Source: the human T2T-CHM13v2.0 reference genome, Homo sapiens
DNA: 64,000 nucleotides
Reading direction: 5' to 3' (one strand)
Assembly (NCBI RefSeq): GCF_009914755.1
Contig: NC_060936.1
In this document: piece after piece, positions 13,701 to 28,017 of the stretch
Layout of the letters: every line of letters begins with the position of its first letter
Numbering within the stretch: position 1 is the first letter of the stretch
Notes under the pieces: model-generated
What the model was told of the DNA's origin: nothing
Databases searched by the model: none
Seen by the model: only the letters and a program-made list of their open reading frames with translations
Made by a program: the position numbers and the translations under genes

Positions 13701-15685
13701 ACAGACACAATAAAAGTCAAACTTTTGGGTTTAAAAAATTAAAATATCTCACAATTTTATTAAGAGTAAATCAATACTTTAAGAAAATTTTGTTGTTCTA
13801 ACCAATTCTTTAGTGTATTAATTTTTTTATATCAAAGCCCAATCTCTAGAATCACTATTATAAATAATTGCCTTTGAATTACAGAAAACATGATAACATG
13901 TAGCTTTTTTCTCATAAATCCTCTTTTTACAAATTTTATTACAACTTATACAAATAATTTATGACATGCTTGGACTTTCTGTTTTATCTTAAACATCCCT
14001 CTTATTTTATTTTATTTTATTTTAAACATCCCTCTCTGTTTTTTCATAAACATCTCTCTCATTTTATTTTAGAAAAAAATAATCATATGAGATTATTTCT
14101 CATAAAATTATTTTCTCTTTAACTTTTCTTATCAAAAATACCTCTTTATAACTTTTTAAACATTTCTATACTAGTTCCTATTACTTGGTTTCATAAACTT
14201 TAAATAATCTTTGCATTAGTCAAAAATAACTTTCCTTTAAATAACACATTTTCTAGAAAAATATTTTCCTAAAATTTAAAAAAAATTAGAAATGACTTAG
14301 ATATTTAATTAATATTTATTATTTAATATCATAACTTTTGATTACAAATCATATGGCAAGTTTATTTATAAGCATTTATTCCATTACATTTACCTAATTC
14401 ACTAATTTTTTAAAAGTATAGTTTACCTAGTTTACTCAAGAAAACTGTGATAGTCAACATTTAATGTTATTTATCTGTTAATCATTTTTATAGGCTGTGA
14501 TCTCTGGTGTTTACCTAAGCAAGAACCTTAAGGTTAGATAAATATTTTTGCTTGTTTGTTTTGCCAATAACTCAAAAGTTAGCCATTTTATTAAACCAAC
14601 GATATTCAAAGCCTTGTGTATACAAAAAAATATACAAACAAAGATAATTTTCTTTTGGGCTGCAAGCTTTATAACCCTCATGCCAAATTTGGCCACCTTA
14701 TAATATCTAGCAGAGATAAATATTAAACTGTGTGGCCAAGAAATCTAAACAATAATGTGTGTTGACAATTCTAACACATTTCTAATTTTATTTTACTAAC
14801 AATTTAAAAACACAGTATTGATTAAGGATTTGCTGAAGTCAAGTGAACTTGGAAAAAGCATTTGGGCTTTTCTATTTTCTAGTTTTCTGATAAAGTATTT
14901 GATTTAAGTGCTTTTTAAAATCCTATTGGTTAGAACTCATATATTTTCAGTAGTTAACAGTAGTAAGCATTATATACATAACAAATAAATACATAGATAT
15001 ATTAGTCATGCAGATAAAAGTAGAACTTACAGATTCATATTTTAGATATTTTAAATTTCCAATTTAGATATTTTAGACTTTCAATTTCTTATAAACTGTT
15101 TCATTACCCTAGGCAATTGTTAGCTAGATAGTGTTAAATTTGCATACTAAAGGAACAACTCTTAAGTGAAAATCAGATAGCAAAATTTACATCTCAAGGT
15201 ACAGAGAGAGAGTCTGGTGTGCTAGAGGAAGATTAAAAATGGATGCCAAGTCAAACATGAAATTGTAGAAATGTACCATAGAATTGTTTAGGAGACCAAT
15301 TGTATTTAGATAGGTAGTTTTAAATTTAATTTCTATTTTTTAACTGGATCTCTGAGCTCTGCACAGAGCCCACACTGTACCCTAGGTCTCCAGAAAGAGA
15401 GAGGTATCCTAAGAGTAGGCCATGTAATGCTTTTACAGTGCACTTTGTTACAAAGATGTTTCTCTACATGTCTAAACCACACCCTTTTGTATTTTACACA
15501 CCCAAGAGTAGCACCTGTTGTAATAACTATTTTAGTAAAAAAAAAATTGGGTAACACAATACAAAAGCAAGCAGTTTAAGATGTGAGAAATTTGTCTGGT
15601 TATACTCTTAGAGTTCCATAATGAAAAACAGAGGTTTCTCCCAAAAAGGAGTCTGGGAGGAAGCCTCTATTTTCTTAAGGAATCT
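10743..15685 (-). mobile_element. MER4-group non-coding ERV internal sequence; 5' LTR not seen
   Basis: AT-rich MER4-int-like motifs contiguous with the LTR and PPT; no gag/pol/env ORFs. Confidence 0.7.
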
Positions 15686-16116
15686 TAACAAATGTATTAT
15701 CTCAGAGATCTGAAATTCAGAAGTCTGAAATGGGTGTCAATGAACTAAACTTAGGGTGTTGGCAAGACCATGTTTCTTTCTGGAAATGTTTGGGACAATA
15801 TGTTTCTTTACCTTCTCCAATTTCTAGAGGCTGTCCAAATTCCTTGGCTCATGGCCCTTTTCCATGTTCAAAGCTAGTAATGTCCATATCACATGGACAC
15901 TAACTCTTTTGCTTCCCTTTTCCACATTTAAAGGAACTTTGTAATTACATTGGATTCACTAGGCCAGATAAAGTCAATCTCTTTATTTTAAGGTTATCTG
16001 TTTAGCAACTTTAATTCCATCTACAACATTAATACCCCCTTGCCATGTTACCTAATGTATTCATAAGTTGTGGAGATTAGGACCTGGATGTCTTTAAGGG
16101 TCATTATTCTGCCTAA
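15686..16116 (-). mobile_element. MaLR LTR (MLT1D/E-like)
   Basis: attaggacctggatgtcttt...cattattctgccta is the reverse complement of the MLT1 5' end; tctagaggctg...ttccttggctcatggccc core. Confidence 0.75.
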
Positions 16117-16212
16117 TGTTATATTATATGCAACACTATATATACATTATATTATATATAACACCATATATAATTATATATATGTTATATCATATATAAC
16201 TATATATATATA
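16117..16212. repeat. (TA)-rich low-complexity tract
   Basis: Degenerate TA repeats left of MLT2A. Confidence 0.85.
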
Positions 16213-16741
16213 TATGATTAATATTGGGTGTCAACTTTATTGGACTGAAAGATTCAAAGTATTGTTCCTGGGTGTGTCTGTGAAGATGTTGCCAATAAAG
16301 ATTAAAATTTGAGTCAGTGGACTGGGAGAGGCAGACCCACCCTCAATCTGGGTGGGCACCATCTAATCAGCTGCTAGCAGTGCTAGAATAAAGCAGGCAG
16401 AAGAAAGTGGAAGGACCTGACTTGCTGAGTCTTCTGGTCTTCATCTTTCTCTCATGCTGAATGCTTCCTGCCCTCGAAAATCAGACTCCAAGTTATTCAG
16501 TTTTTGGTCTTTTGGACTTACACCAGTGTTTTGCCAAGGGCTCTTGGGCCTTCAGCCATAGACTGAAATTTGCAATGTCAGCTTTCCTTCTTTTGAGGTT
16601 TTGGGACTCAGACTGGCTTCCCTGCTCCATAGCTTGCAAAAGGCCTATCATGTGGTAACCGTGTGAGTCAATTCTCCTTAATAAACTCCCTTTCCTATAT
16701 ACATTGATCGTATTACTTCTGTCCCTCTAGAGAACCCTAAT
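16213..16741 (+). mobile_element. MLT2A (HERV-L) solo LTR, MLT2A1/2-like
   Basis: ttaatattgggtgtcaactt...gagtcagtggactgggagaggcagacccaccctcaatctgggtgggcacc...aataaactccc...ctctagagaaccctaa. Confidence 0.9.
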
Positions 16742-16950
16742 ATATATATTTATATAAATATATATGTATATATATTTATATAAATATATATGTAAATATA
16801 TTTTTATATATAAAGAATACATATATTCTCTCTAGTACAGATAGACAATAAATTATATATGTATGTATATTACATATTACATATATATAATTTATATTAT
16901 ATGTATGTATATGTATATGGTATATTACATATATATGTAATTTATTTATT
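16742..16950. repeat. (TA)-rich low-complexity tract
   Basis: Degenerate TA repeats right of MLT2A. Confidence 0.85.
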
Positions 16951-17902
16951 ATCTATCTCTCTGTACCATAACATAAGCTCCATGAAAACATAGGTGTTTG
17001 ATTCATTGCCTTCTGTGTCAAACATTATGAGTGTCAGTTTATATTAGCTGAATGACTGAAAGGGTAGATGAATAAATATTTTTGTGCTCAATACCCTGTT
17101 CCAAGCTGGTGGAAATGTCTGCCACTGCTGCTGCTTCTCCTTTTCCTTTTTCTTCCTCTTTTTCCCTTTTCATACTTGTGTTAATATTACTTTGGTATAA
17201 TTACTATGTATTTAATACATATCATGAAAAAGAGTGAATCAAATCTGCACTCAATATTTTTAAAAGGGAAAAGAAATTTTAAAAAAGCCTATTGTACATT
17301 CTTTTGTATTTATTTTTTTTCTCATTAGACACCAGAGTATTGATTTATGACCAATTTTAATCACTGATGTACTGGCTGAGCCACGTTAATGTATTTGTTT
17401 ATTATATATTCATTCATTTATGAATGGATATATTTGTAATAACATAACAAACACCCATGAAATTACTACTTAGCACAGAAACTAAAACAAGACAGAAATT
17501 TATATCTACCTACATTGTTTTCTACTTTCCTGGATTCTGCTGCTTCTCATCTGAGATGAAGACTAACTTAAATATGTGTTGATGATTGTTTCACCATTTT
17601 TTAATGTAAGTTGGTAATATCTATATGCATTCCTTTAAAACTTAGATTGTTTGTTTTAGCTACATAAAGGGCTATCTTGGTGCTTATCAAGTTACATTTT
17701 TACTTGTTATTTTAATGTTAAGATTCATCAATAGTATTTCATATAGTACTTTATGCATTTTAAAGGCTGTATAAAATTTTATTATACTAATATAGCTTAA
17801 TTTATTTCTCTACTCACGTTGGGTTTCTTTTTTGGATTGCTTTTAGGGATTTTTTTATTCTAAATACTTCTGTTGTAAATATTTTCATTCATATTTTCTG
17901 AT

Positions 17903-20289
17903 TTATATGGTTTGGCCCTGTATCCCTACCCAAATCTCATGTTGAATTGTAATCCTCAATGCTGGAGGAGGATCCTGGTGGGAGGTGATTGAATCATTGG
18001 TGCAAGCATCCCCCTTTCTATTCTCGTGATACAGTTATCCTGAGTTCTGCTTGTTTAAAAGTATGCAGCACCTCCCCCACTTTCTGCCTACCATGTGAAG
18101 ATTTGCCTGCTTCCTCTTTGCCTTCCACCATGAGTATAAGTTTCCTGAGGCCTCCCCAGAAGTAGATGCCTGTACAGCCTGCAAAACCATGAGCAGATTA
18201 AACCTTTTTTTTTTTTAAATAAATTAGTCAGTCTCAGGTAGTTCTTTATAGCTGTTTGAGAATGGACTAATACAGAAAATTGGTACATAGAAGTGGGGCA
18301 TTGCTATAAAGATACCAGAAAATGTGCAAGCAACTTTGGAACTGGGTAATGGGTAGAAGCTAGAACAGTTTGAAAGGCTCAGAAAAAGATAGAAAGATGA
18401 GGGAAAGTTTGGAGCTCCCTAGAAACTTGTTGAATGATTGTGACCAAAAGGCTGATAGTGATATGTACAATGAAGTCCAGGCTGAGGAGGTCTCAGATGG
18501 AGATGAGAAACTTATTGAAAACTGGAGTAAAGGTCACACTTACTATGTTTTAGCAAAACGGACTAGCAGCATTGTGCCTTGGCTCTAAGGATTTGTAGAA
18601 TTTTGAACTTGAGAGAGATGATTTAGGGTATCTGGTGGAAAAAATTTCTAAGCAGTATAGCATTCAATATATGACCTGGCTGCTTCTAACAGCATATGTG
18701 TTCACAAGTAGATGATCTGAAACTGGAATTGATATTTAAAAAGGAAGCAGAGCATTAAAGTTTGAAAAATTTGCAGCCTGACCATGTAGTATAAAAGAAA
18801 AACCCATTTTCTGGGAAAGAATTCAAGCTGGTTGAAGAAATTTGCATAAATAAAGAGAAGCAGAATGCTGCTAGCTAAGACAGTGGGGAAAATGCTTCCA
18901 AGGCATTTCAGAGAACTTCATGGGAACCCCTTCAAACAGAGGCCTGGAGGCATAGGAGAGAAAAATGGTTGTGGGCCAGGCTCAGGGCACCACTGCTCTT
19001 TACAGCCTGGCACATGGCACCTGGCATCCTCACCACTCTAGCTTCAGCCATGGCTAAAATGGCCCCAGATAGGTCTAAGGCTGCTTATCCATAGGGTGCA
19101 AGTCCCCAGCCTTGGAGGCTTCCACATGTTGTTAGGCCTGCAGGTATGCAGAGGGCAAAGGTTGAGGCTTGGAAACCTCTGCCTAGATTTCAGAGGATGT
19201 ATGAAAATGCCTGGATGTCCAGGCAGAAGTCTACTGGAGGGGCAGAGCCCTAAAGGAGAACCTGTACTATTGCAGTGTACAGGGGAAATGTGGGGTTGCT
19301 GGCCCTATAGAGAGTTTCCACTGGGGCATTCCCTAGTGGAGCTGTGAGAGGAGGGCCACTGTTCTCCAGACCCCAGAATGGTAGATGCATCAACAGTTTG
19401 CATCATGCACCTGGAAAAGCCACAGGCACTCAATGCCAGCCCTTAAGAGCAACATTGGAAGCTGAACCCGGCAGAGCCACAGGTACAGAGCTGCCACCGT
19501 CCTTGGGAGCCCAACCCTTCATTCAGTGTGGCCTGTATGTGAAACATGGGGTAAAAGGAGATTGTTTTGGAGGTATAAGATTTTAGACTTAAGCTATAAG
19601 ATTTAAGCTTTAAGATTTAACCCTGCTGGGTTTCTCATGGTGCCTGTAGCCCCTTTGTTTTGGCCAATCTCTCCCTTTTAGAATGGGAGTGTTTACCTGT
19701 ACCCCCAATGTATCTTGGAAGTAAATAACTTGTTTTTTATTTTACAGGCTCATAGGTGGAAGGGACTTGCCTTGTCTCAGATAAAACTTTGGATTTGGAC
19801 ATTTGAGTTAATGCTGTAATGAGTTAAAACTTTGGGAGACTGCTGGGAAGGCATGATTGTGTTTTGAAATTTGACAATGTCATGAGATTTGGAAGAGGCC
19901 AGGGTGGAATGATATAGTTTGGCTCTCTGGTGTCTGCCAGAATCTCAAGTAATCCTCAATGTTGGAGGAAGGGCCTGGTGAGAGATGTTTAAATCATGTG
20001 GGCGGACTTCTTCCTTGCTGTTCTTTGACAGTGTTCTCCTGTGATCTGTTTGTTTAAAAGTGTGTAGTACCTCCTTCCTCTCTCATTCTCTCTTCTGCCA
20101 GCCATAGGAATACATGCCTCCTGACCCTTCACCTTCCACCATGATTGTAAGTTTTCTGACTTCTCCCCAGAAGCAGAAGCCTGCACAACTCACAGAACAC
20201 TCACAGAACACACACTCATACAACTCACAGAACACAGAACGCAGTTAAATAAGTCATTTAACCTCCTTTCTTTTAAATGGACTAATGCA
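17903..20289 (+). mobile_element. Two-LTR MaLR provirus (MSTA-like): 5' LTR 17903-18274, internal 18275-19909, 3' LTR 19910-20289
   Basis: Both LTRs start tgatatggtttgg-like and end ggactaat(a/g)ca; internal region begins gaaaattggtac; purine tract precedes the 3' LTR; inserted in an old minus-strand L1M. Confidence 0.9.
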
Positions 20290-21454
20290 TTGTTTTACCT
20301 TGTACGAAGAGTTTTTCTTGATAATACTTACAACCAAAATTGTTAGAACATGGAGTGTATAAATGTTCAATTTTAGGAGATAATGCTGTTTCTTTTTAAA
20401 GTGGCTACATGAATTTACTTGATCACCAGCAACATAGAAGTGAAAATCTAAGTGTATGTCCTCTCCAACACTTTGTGTTTTCTGACTTCTTGATTCTTGT
20501 AATTTAAATAAGCAATGACATTTCATTTTTGTCTTGCTTTGTATTCCTTGATATCTAGTGAGTTTGAACATCATTCCACATGTTTATTATCCATACATGT
20601 TTTCTCTTCTGTGAAAACCTGTGCATATATTTGCCCATGTTTATATTAGATTACTTGTGTTTTTTTATTTATATGAATTATTTATACCAAGAAAATATTG
20701 TAATATGAATTCATTATTATATGTGAGAAGAACATCTTGTAGGCTTTTAAATCGTTTTTCATAATGAACTTTTGACAAAAAAGTCTTTAATTTTAACATA
20801 TTTGAGCCTGTCTATAATTTTATAATTGAGCATTTACACAAGTAATAAAAGTGTTTTTAAGGAATATCTTGTTCTTCCAATGTGAGAAAGATTTATATCT
20901 ACACATGTTGCTTTTGAAATTAAAATCTTTGATTTATATGAAGTTAATTTTTATGTGGAATATGAAGCAGAAATTTAATTCCAACATTCCCCCGTATGGA
21001 TAACTATTTTAAGCTCTGTTTGTTGACTAGCCCCTATTTTTCCAATTTATCTGTTGAGCCTTCTATTCTATATCAAAGTGGTATGAATCTGTTTGTATGT
21101 ATCAGTCTGTTTGGAGCTCTATTACCTATTCGTTTGGCCATTAACTTATTCCTGTGGCAAGGATAGGTATTGCCTAATATTGCCTAAAGCTTCATATTAA
21201 GGATTATGTTTGGTAGAGTAGGTAATCTCTTTTTACTTTTCTTCAGATATGACTTCAGTATTCTTGGTGTTTTTAAAATTTTTAATAGACTTTTCAAATA
21301 AGCTTATTAAGTTTGATGAAAACCTTGTTAAGATTTTGATTAAACACATTGAATTCATAGATTGATTTGGAAATAATTCAAACTTTTCAAATATTAAGTC
21401 TACTGCCCATGAATATGATGTAACTCTCCAGTTACTTAGATTTTATAAAATGTT
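20290..21454 (-). mobile_element. Ancient L1M (L1ME-like) fragment; also seen at ~17400-17900 and ~28460-29160
   Basis: Degenerate antisense L1 ORF2/3' motifs. Confidence 0.55.
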
Positions 21455-21767
<313 letters not shown>

Positions 21768-21851
21768 TTAGAATTATCCATGTAAAGATTTATATATTTT
21801 TGTTAGATTTATTTCTAAATACTTGATGTTATTTAAGACTATTATAAATAA

Positions 21852-22158
<307 letters not shown>

Positions 22159-23219
22159 AATATATTTTTTTGATTTATTTATTTTTATTTATTTTTTATT
22201 ATACTTTAAGTATAAAGTATCAATGTGCAGGTTTTGATACATAGGTATACATGTGTCATATTGGTTTGCTGCACCCATCAACTCATCATTTACATTAGGT
22301 ATTTCTCCTAATGCTATCCCCCCCAGCCCCCCACTCCCCAACAGGCTCCAGTGTGTGATGTTCCATGCCCTGTGTCCAAGTGATCTCATTGTTCAATTCC
22401 CACCTATGAGTGAGAACATGCAGTGTTTGGTTTTCTATCCTTGTGATAGTTTGCTGAGGATGATGGTTTCCAGCTTCATCCATGTCCCTGCAAAGGACAT
22501 GAACTCATCCTTTTTTATGGCTGCATAGTATTCCATGGTATATACGTGCCACATTTTCCTAATCCAGTCTATCATTGATGGATATTTGGGTTGGTTCCAA
22601 GTCTTTGCTATTCTGAATAGTGCCACAATAAGCATACGCATGCATGTGGCTTTATAGCAGCATGATTTATAATCCTTTGGGTATATACACAGTAATGGGA
22701 TGGCTGGGTCAAATGGTACTTCTAGTTCTAGATCCTTGAGGAGTCACCACACTGTCTTCCACAATGGTTGAACTAATTTACACTCCCACCAACAGTGTAA
22801 AAGTGTTCCTTTTTCTTCACATCCTCTCCAGCACCTGTTGTTTCCTGACTTTTTAATGATCGCCATTCTTACTGGTGTGAGATGGCATCTCATTTTGGTT
22901 TTGATTTGCGTTTCTCTGATGACCAGTGATGATGAGCATTATTTCATGTGTCTGTTGGCTGCATAGATGTCTTCTTTTGAGAAGTGTCTGTTCATATCCT
23001 TTGACCACTTTTTGATGGGGTTGTTTGAGTTCTTCTAGATTCTGCATATTAGCCCTTTGTCAGATGGGTAGATTGCAAAAATTTTCTCCCATTTTATAGG
23101 TTACCTGTTCACTCTGATGGTAATTTCTTTTACCATGCAGAAGCTCTTTAGTTTAATTAGATCCCATTTGTTTATTTTGGCTTTTGTTGCCATTGCTTTT
23201 GGTGTTTTAGTCATGAAGT

Positions 23220-23382
23220 ACTAATGAAGCAAATGGTAGGGTGGATGGCATTAGGAGAAATACCTAATGTAAATGACAAGTTGATGGGTGCAGCCAACCA
23301 ACATGACACATGTATACCTATTTATCAAAACTGCACATTGTGCACATGTACCCTAGAACTTAAAGTATAATAAAAAATATAT
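23220..23382 (+). mobile_element. Short L1PA 3'-end fragment nested in inverted orientation in the L1PA6, with filler DNA
   Basis: gcattaggagaaatacctaatgtaaatgac...cttaaagtataataaaaaa interrupts the host sequence tcatgaagt|cct...ctatgtcctgaatgg. Confidence 0.9.
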
Positions 23383-23459
23383 AAGTCCTAGTTGGAGACT
23401 ATGTCCTGAATGGTATTGCCTAGGTTTTCCTCTAGGGTTTTTACAGTTTTATGGTTTTA

Positions 23460-23552
<93 letters not shown>

Positions 23553-24182
23553 CTAGTTTTCCCAGTACCATTTATTAAATAAGGAATCCTTTCCCCATTG
23601 CTTGTTTTTGTCAGGTTTGTCAAGGTTCAGATGGTTGTAGATGTGTGATGTTATTTCTGAGGCCTCTGTTCTGTTCCATTGGTCTATATATCTGTTTTGC
23701 TACCAGTACCATGTTGTTTTGGTTACTGTAGCCTTGTAGTATAGTGTGAAGTCAGGTAGCATGATGCCTCCAGCTTTGTTCTTTTTCCTTAGGATTGTCT
23801 TGGCAATGCGGGCTCTTTTTTGGTTCCCTGTGAAATTTAAAGTAGGTTTTTCCAATTCTGTGAAGAAAGTCATTGGTAGCTTGATGGGGATGGCATTGAA
23901 TCTATAAATTATTTTGGGCAGTATGGCCATTTTCACAATATTGATTCTTCCTATCCATGAACATGGAATATTCTTCCATTTGTTTGTGTCCTCCTTTATT
24001 TCATTGAGCAGTGGTATGTGGTTCTCCTTGAAGAGGTCCTTCACATCCCTTGTAAGTTGGATTCCTAGGTATGTTATTCTCTTTGTAGCAATTGCAAATG
24101 GGAGTTCACTCATGATTTGGCTCTCTATTTGTCTGTTATTGGTGTATAGGAATGCTTGTGATTTTTGCACATTGATTTTTTA

Positions 24183-24464
<282 letters not shown>

Positions 24465-27400
24465 TTAGTCATAAATAGCTCTTATTATTTTGAGATATGT
24501 TTCATCAATACCTAGTTTATTGAGAGTTTTTAGCATGAATGGCTGTTGAATTTTGTCAAAGGCCTTTTCTGCATCTATTGAGATAATCATGTGGTTTTTG
24601 TCTTTGGTTCTGTTTATGTGATGGATTACATTTACTGTTTTGCATATGTTGAACCAGCCTTGCATCCCAGGGATGAAGCTGACTTGATCATGGTGGATAA
24701 GCTGCTGGATTCAGTTTGCCAGTATTTTATTGAGGATTTTCATATTGACGTTCGTCAGGGATGTTGGCCAAAAATTCTCTTTTTGTTGTGTCTCTGCCTG
24801 GATTTGGTATGAGGCTGATGTTGGCCTCATAAAATGAGTTAGGGAGGAGTCCCTCTTATTCTGTTAATTGGAATAGTTTGAGAAGGAATGGTACCAGCTC
24901 CTCTTTGTACCTCTGGTAGAATTGGGCTGTGAATCTGTCTGTTCCTGGACTTTGTTTGGTTGGTAGGCTATTAATTATTGCCTCAATTTCAGAGCATTAT
25001 TGGTCTATTCAGAGATTCAACTTCTTCCTGGATTAGTCTTGGGAGGGTGTATGTGTCCAGGAATTTATCCACTTTGTCTAGATTTTTCTGGTTTATTCAC
25101 ATAGAGGTGTTTATCGTATGCTCTAATGGTAGTTTGTATTTCTGTGGGATTGGTAGTGATATCCCCTTTATCATTTTTTATTGCATCTATTCGATTCTTT
25201 TCCCTTTTCCTGTTTATTAGTCTTGCTAGCGGTCTACCAATTTTGTTGATGTTAAAAAAAAAAAAAAACCCAGCTCCTGGATTCATTGATTTTTTGAAGG
25301 GTTTTTTTGTCCCTATCTCTTTCAGTTCTGCTCTAATCTTAGTTATTTCTTGCCTTCTGCTAGCTTTTGAATTTGTTTGCCCGTGTTTCTTTAATTCTTT
25401 TAATTTTGATGTTAGAATGTCAATTTTAGATGTTTCCTGCTTTCTTTTGTGGGCATTTAGTGCTATAAGTTTCCCTCTACACACTGCTCTAGCTGTGTCC
25501 CAGAAATTCTGATACATTGTGTCTTTGTTCTCATTGGTTTCAAAGAACATCTTTATTTCTGCCTTCATTTTGTTATTTACCCAGTAGTCACTCAGGAGCC
25601 GGTTGTTCAGTTTCCATGTAGTTGTGTGGTTTTGAGTGAGTTTCTTAATCCTGAGTTCTAATTTGATTGCACTGTGGTCTGAGAGATAGTTTGTTGTGGT
25701 ATCTGTTGTTTTACATTTGCTGAGGAGTGCTTTACTTCCAATTATGTGGTCAATTTTAGAATAAGTGCAATGTGGTGCTGAGAGGAATGTATATTCTGTT
25801 GATTTGGGGTGGAGAGTTCTGTAGATGTCTATTAGATCTGCTTGGTGCAGAGCTGAGTTCAAGTCCTGGATGTCCTTGTTAATTTTCTGTCTCACTGATG
25901 TGTCTACTATTGACAGTGGGGTGTTGAAGTCTCCCATTATTATTCTTTGGGAGTCTAAGTCTCTTTGTAGGTCACTAAGGACTTGCTTTATGAATCTGGG
26001 TGCTCCTGTGTTGGGTGCATATATATTTAGGATAGTTAGCTCTTCTTGTTGAATTGATCCCTTTACCATTATGTAATGGCCTTCTTTGTCTCTTTTGATC
26101 TTTGTTGGTTTAAAGTCTGTTTTATCAGAGACTAGGATTGCAACCCCTGCCTTTTTTTGTTTTCCATTTGCTTGGTAGATCTTCCTCCATCCTTTTATTT
26201 TGAGCCTATGTGTGTCTCTGCACATGAGATGGGTTTCCTGAATACAGCACACCGATGGGTCTTGACTCTTTATCCAATTTGCCAGTCTCTGTCTTTTAAT
26301 TTGGGCATTTAGCCCATTTACATTTAGGGTTAATATAATTATGTGTGAATTTTATCCTGTCATTATAATGTTAGCTGTTTATTTTACCTGTTAATTGATG
26401 CAATTTCTTCATAGCATTGATGGTCTTTACAATTTTGCATGTTTTTTCAGTGGCTGGTAGTTATTGTTTCTTTCCATGTTTAGTGCTTCCTTCTGGAGAT
26501 CTTTTAGGGCAGGCCTGGTGGTGACAAAAATCTCTCAGCATTTGCTTGTCTGTAAAGGGTTTTATTTCTCCTTCACTTATGAAGCTTAGTTTGGCTGGAT
26601 ATGAAATTCTGGGTTGAAAATTCTTTGCTTTAAGAATGTTGAATATTGGCCCCCACTCTCTTCTAGCTTGTAGGGTTTCTGCAGAGAGATCTGCTGTTAG
26701 TCTGATGGGCTTCCTTTTGTAGGTAACTCAACCTTTCTCTCTGGCTGCCCTTAACATTTTTTCCTTCATTTCAACCTTGGTGAATCTGACGATTATGTGT
26801 CTTGGGGTTGCTCTTCTCGAGGAGTATCTCTTTGGCAGTTCTCTGTATTTCCTGAATTTGAATGTTGGCCTGCATTGGTAGGTTGGGGAATTTCTCCTGG
26901 ATAATATCCTGAAGAGTGTTTTCTAACTTGGTTCCATTCTCCTCATCACTTTCAGGTACACTAATCAAATGTGGATTTGGCCTTTTCACATAGTCCCATA
27001 TTTCTTGGAGGCTTTGTTCATTTCTTTTTACTCTTTTTTCTCTAACCTGTCTTCTCACTTTATTTTATTAATTTGATCTTCAATCACTGATACCCTTTCT
27101 TCCACTTGATTAAATTTGCTATTGAAGCTTGTACATGCATCACAAAATTCTTGTGCAATGGATTTCAGCTCCATCAGGTCATTTAAGGTCTTCGCTGCAC
27201 TGTTTATTCTAGTTAACCATTTGTCTAATCTTTTTTTCAAGGTTTTTAGCTTCTTTGTGATGTGTTCGAACATGCTCCTTTAGCTTGGAGAAGTTTGTTA
27301 TGAATGAACTTCTGAAGCCTACTTCTTTCAACTTGTCAAAGTCATTCTCCATCCAGCTTTGTTCCATTGCTGGCAAGGAGCTGCAATCCTTTGGAGGAGA

Positions 27401-28017
27401 AGAGGCTCTCTGATTTTTAGAATTTCCAGCTTTTCTGCTCTGTTTTCTCCCCATGTTTGTGGTTTTATCTACCTTTGGTCTTTGATTTGTTGACCTACAA
27501 ATGGGGTTTTGGGTGTAGATGAACTTTTTGTTGAGGTTGATGCTATTCTCCCATTTGCTAGTTTTCCTTCTAACAGTCAGGTCCCTCAGCTACGGGTCTG
27601 TTGGAGTCCAGACCCTTTTTGCCTGGGTATCACCAGTGGAGGCTGCAGAACAGCAAATATTGCAGCCTGATCCTTCCTCTGGAAACTTCGTCCCAGAGGG
27701 TCACCCACCTACATGAGGTGTCTGTTGGCCCCTCCTGGGAGGTGTCTCCCAGTTAGGCTACACAGGGTTCAGGGACCCACTTGAGGAAGCAGTCTGTCCA
27801 TTCTCAGAGCTCAAATGCTGTGCTGAGAGAACAATTGCTCTCTTCAGAGCTGTCAGACAGGGACGTTTAAGTCTGCAGAAGTTGTCTGATGCCTTTTGTT
27901 CAGCTATGCCCTGCCCAAAGAGGTAGCATCTAGAGGCAGTAGGCCTTGTTGAGCTGTGGTGGGCTCCAGCAAGTTTGAACTTCCTGGTCACTTTGTTTAC
28001 CTACTCAAGCCTCAGCA

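Noticed and set aside
18370-19586. ORFs in the MST internal region as a functional retroviral gene
   Set aside because: Short, frameshifted remnants of the MaLR internal ORF.
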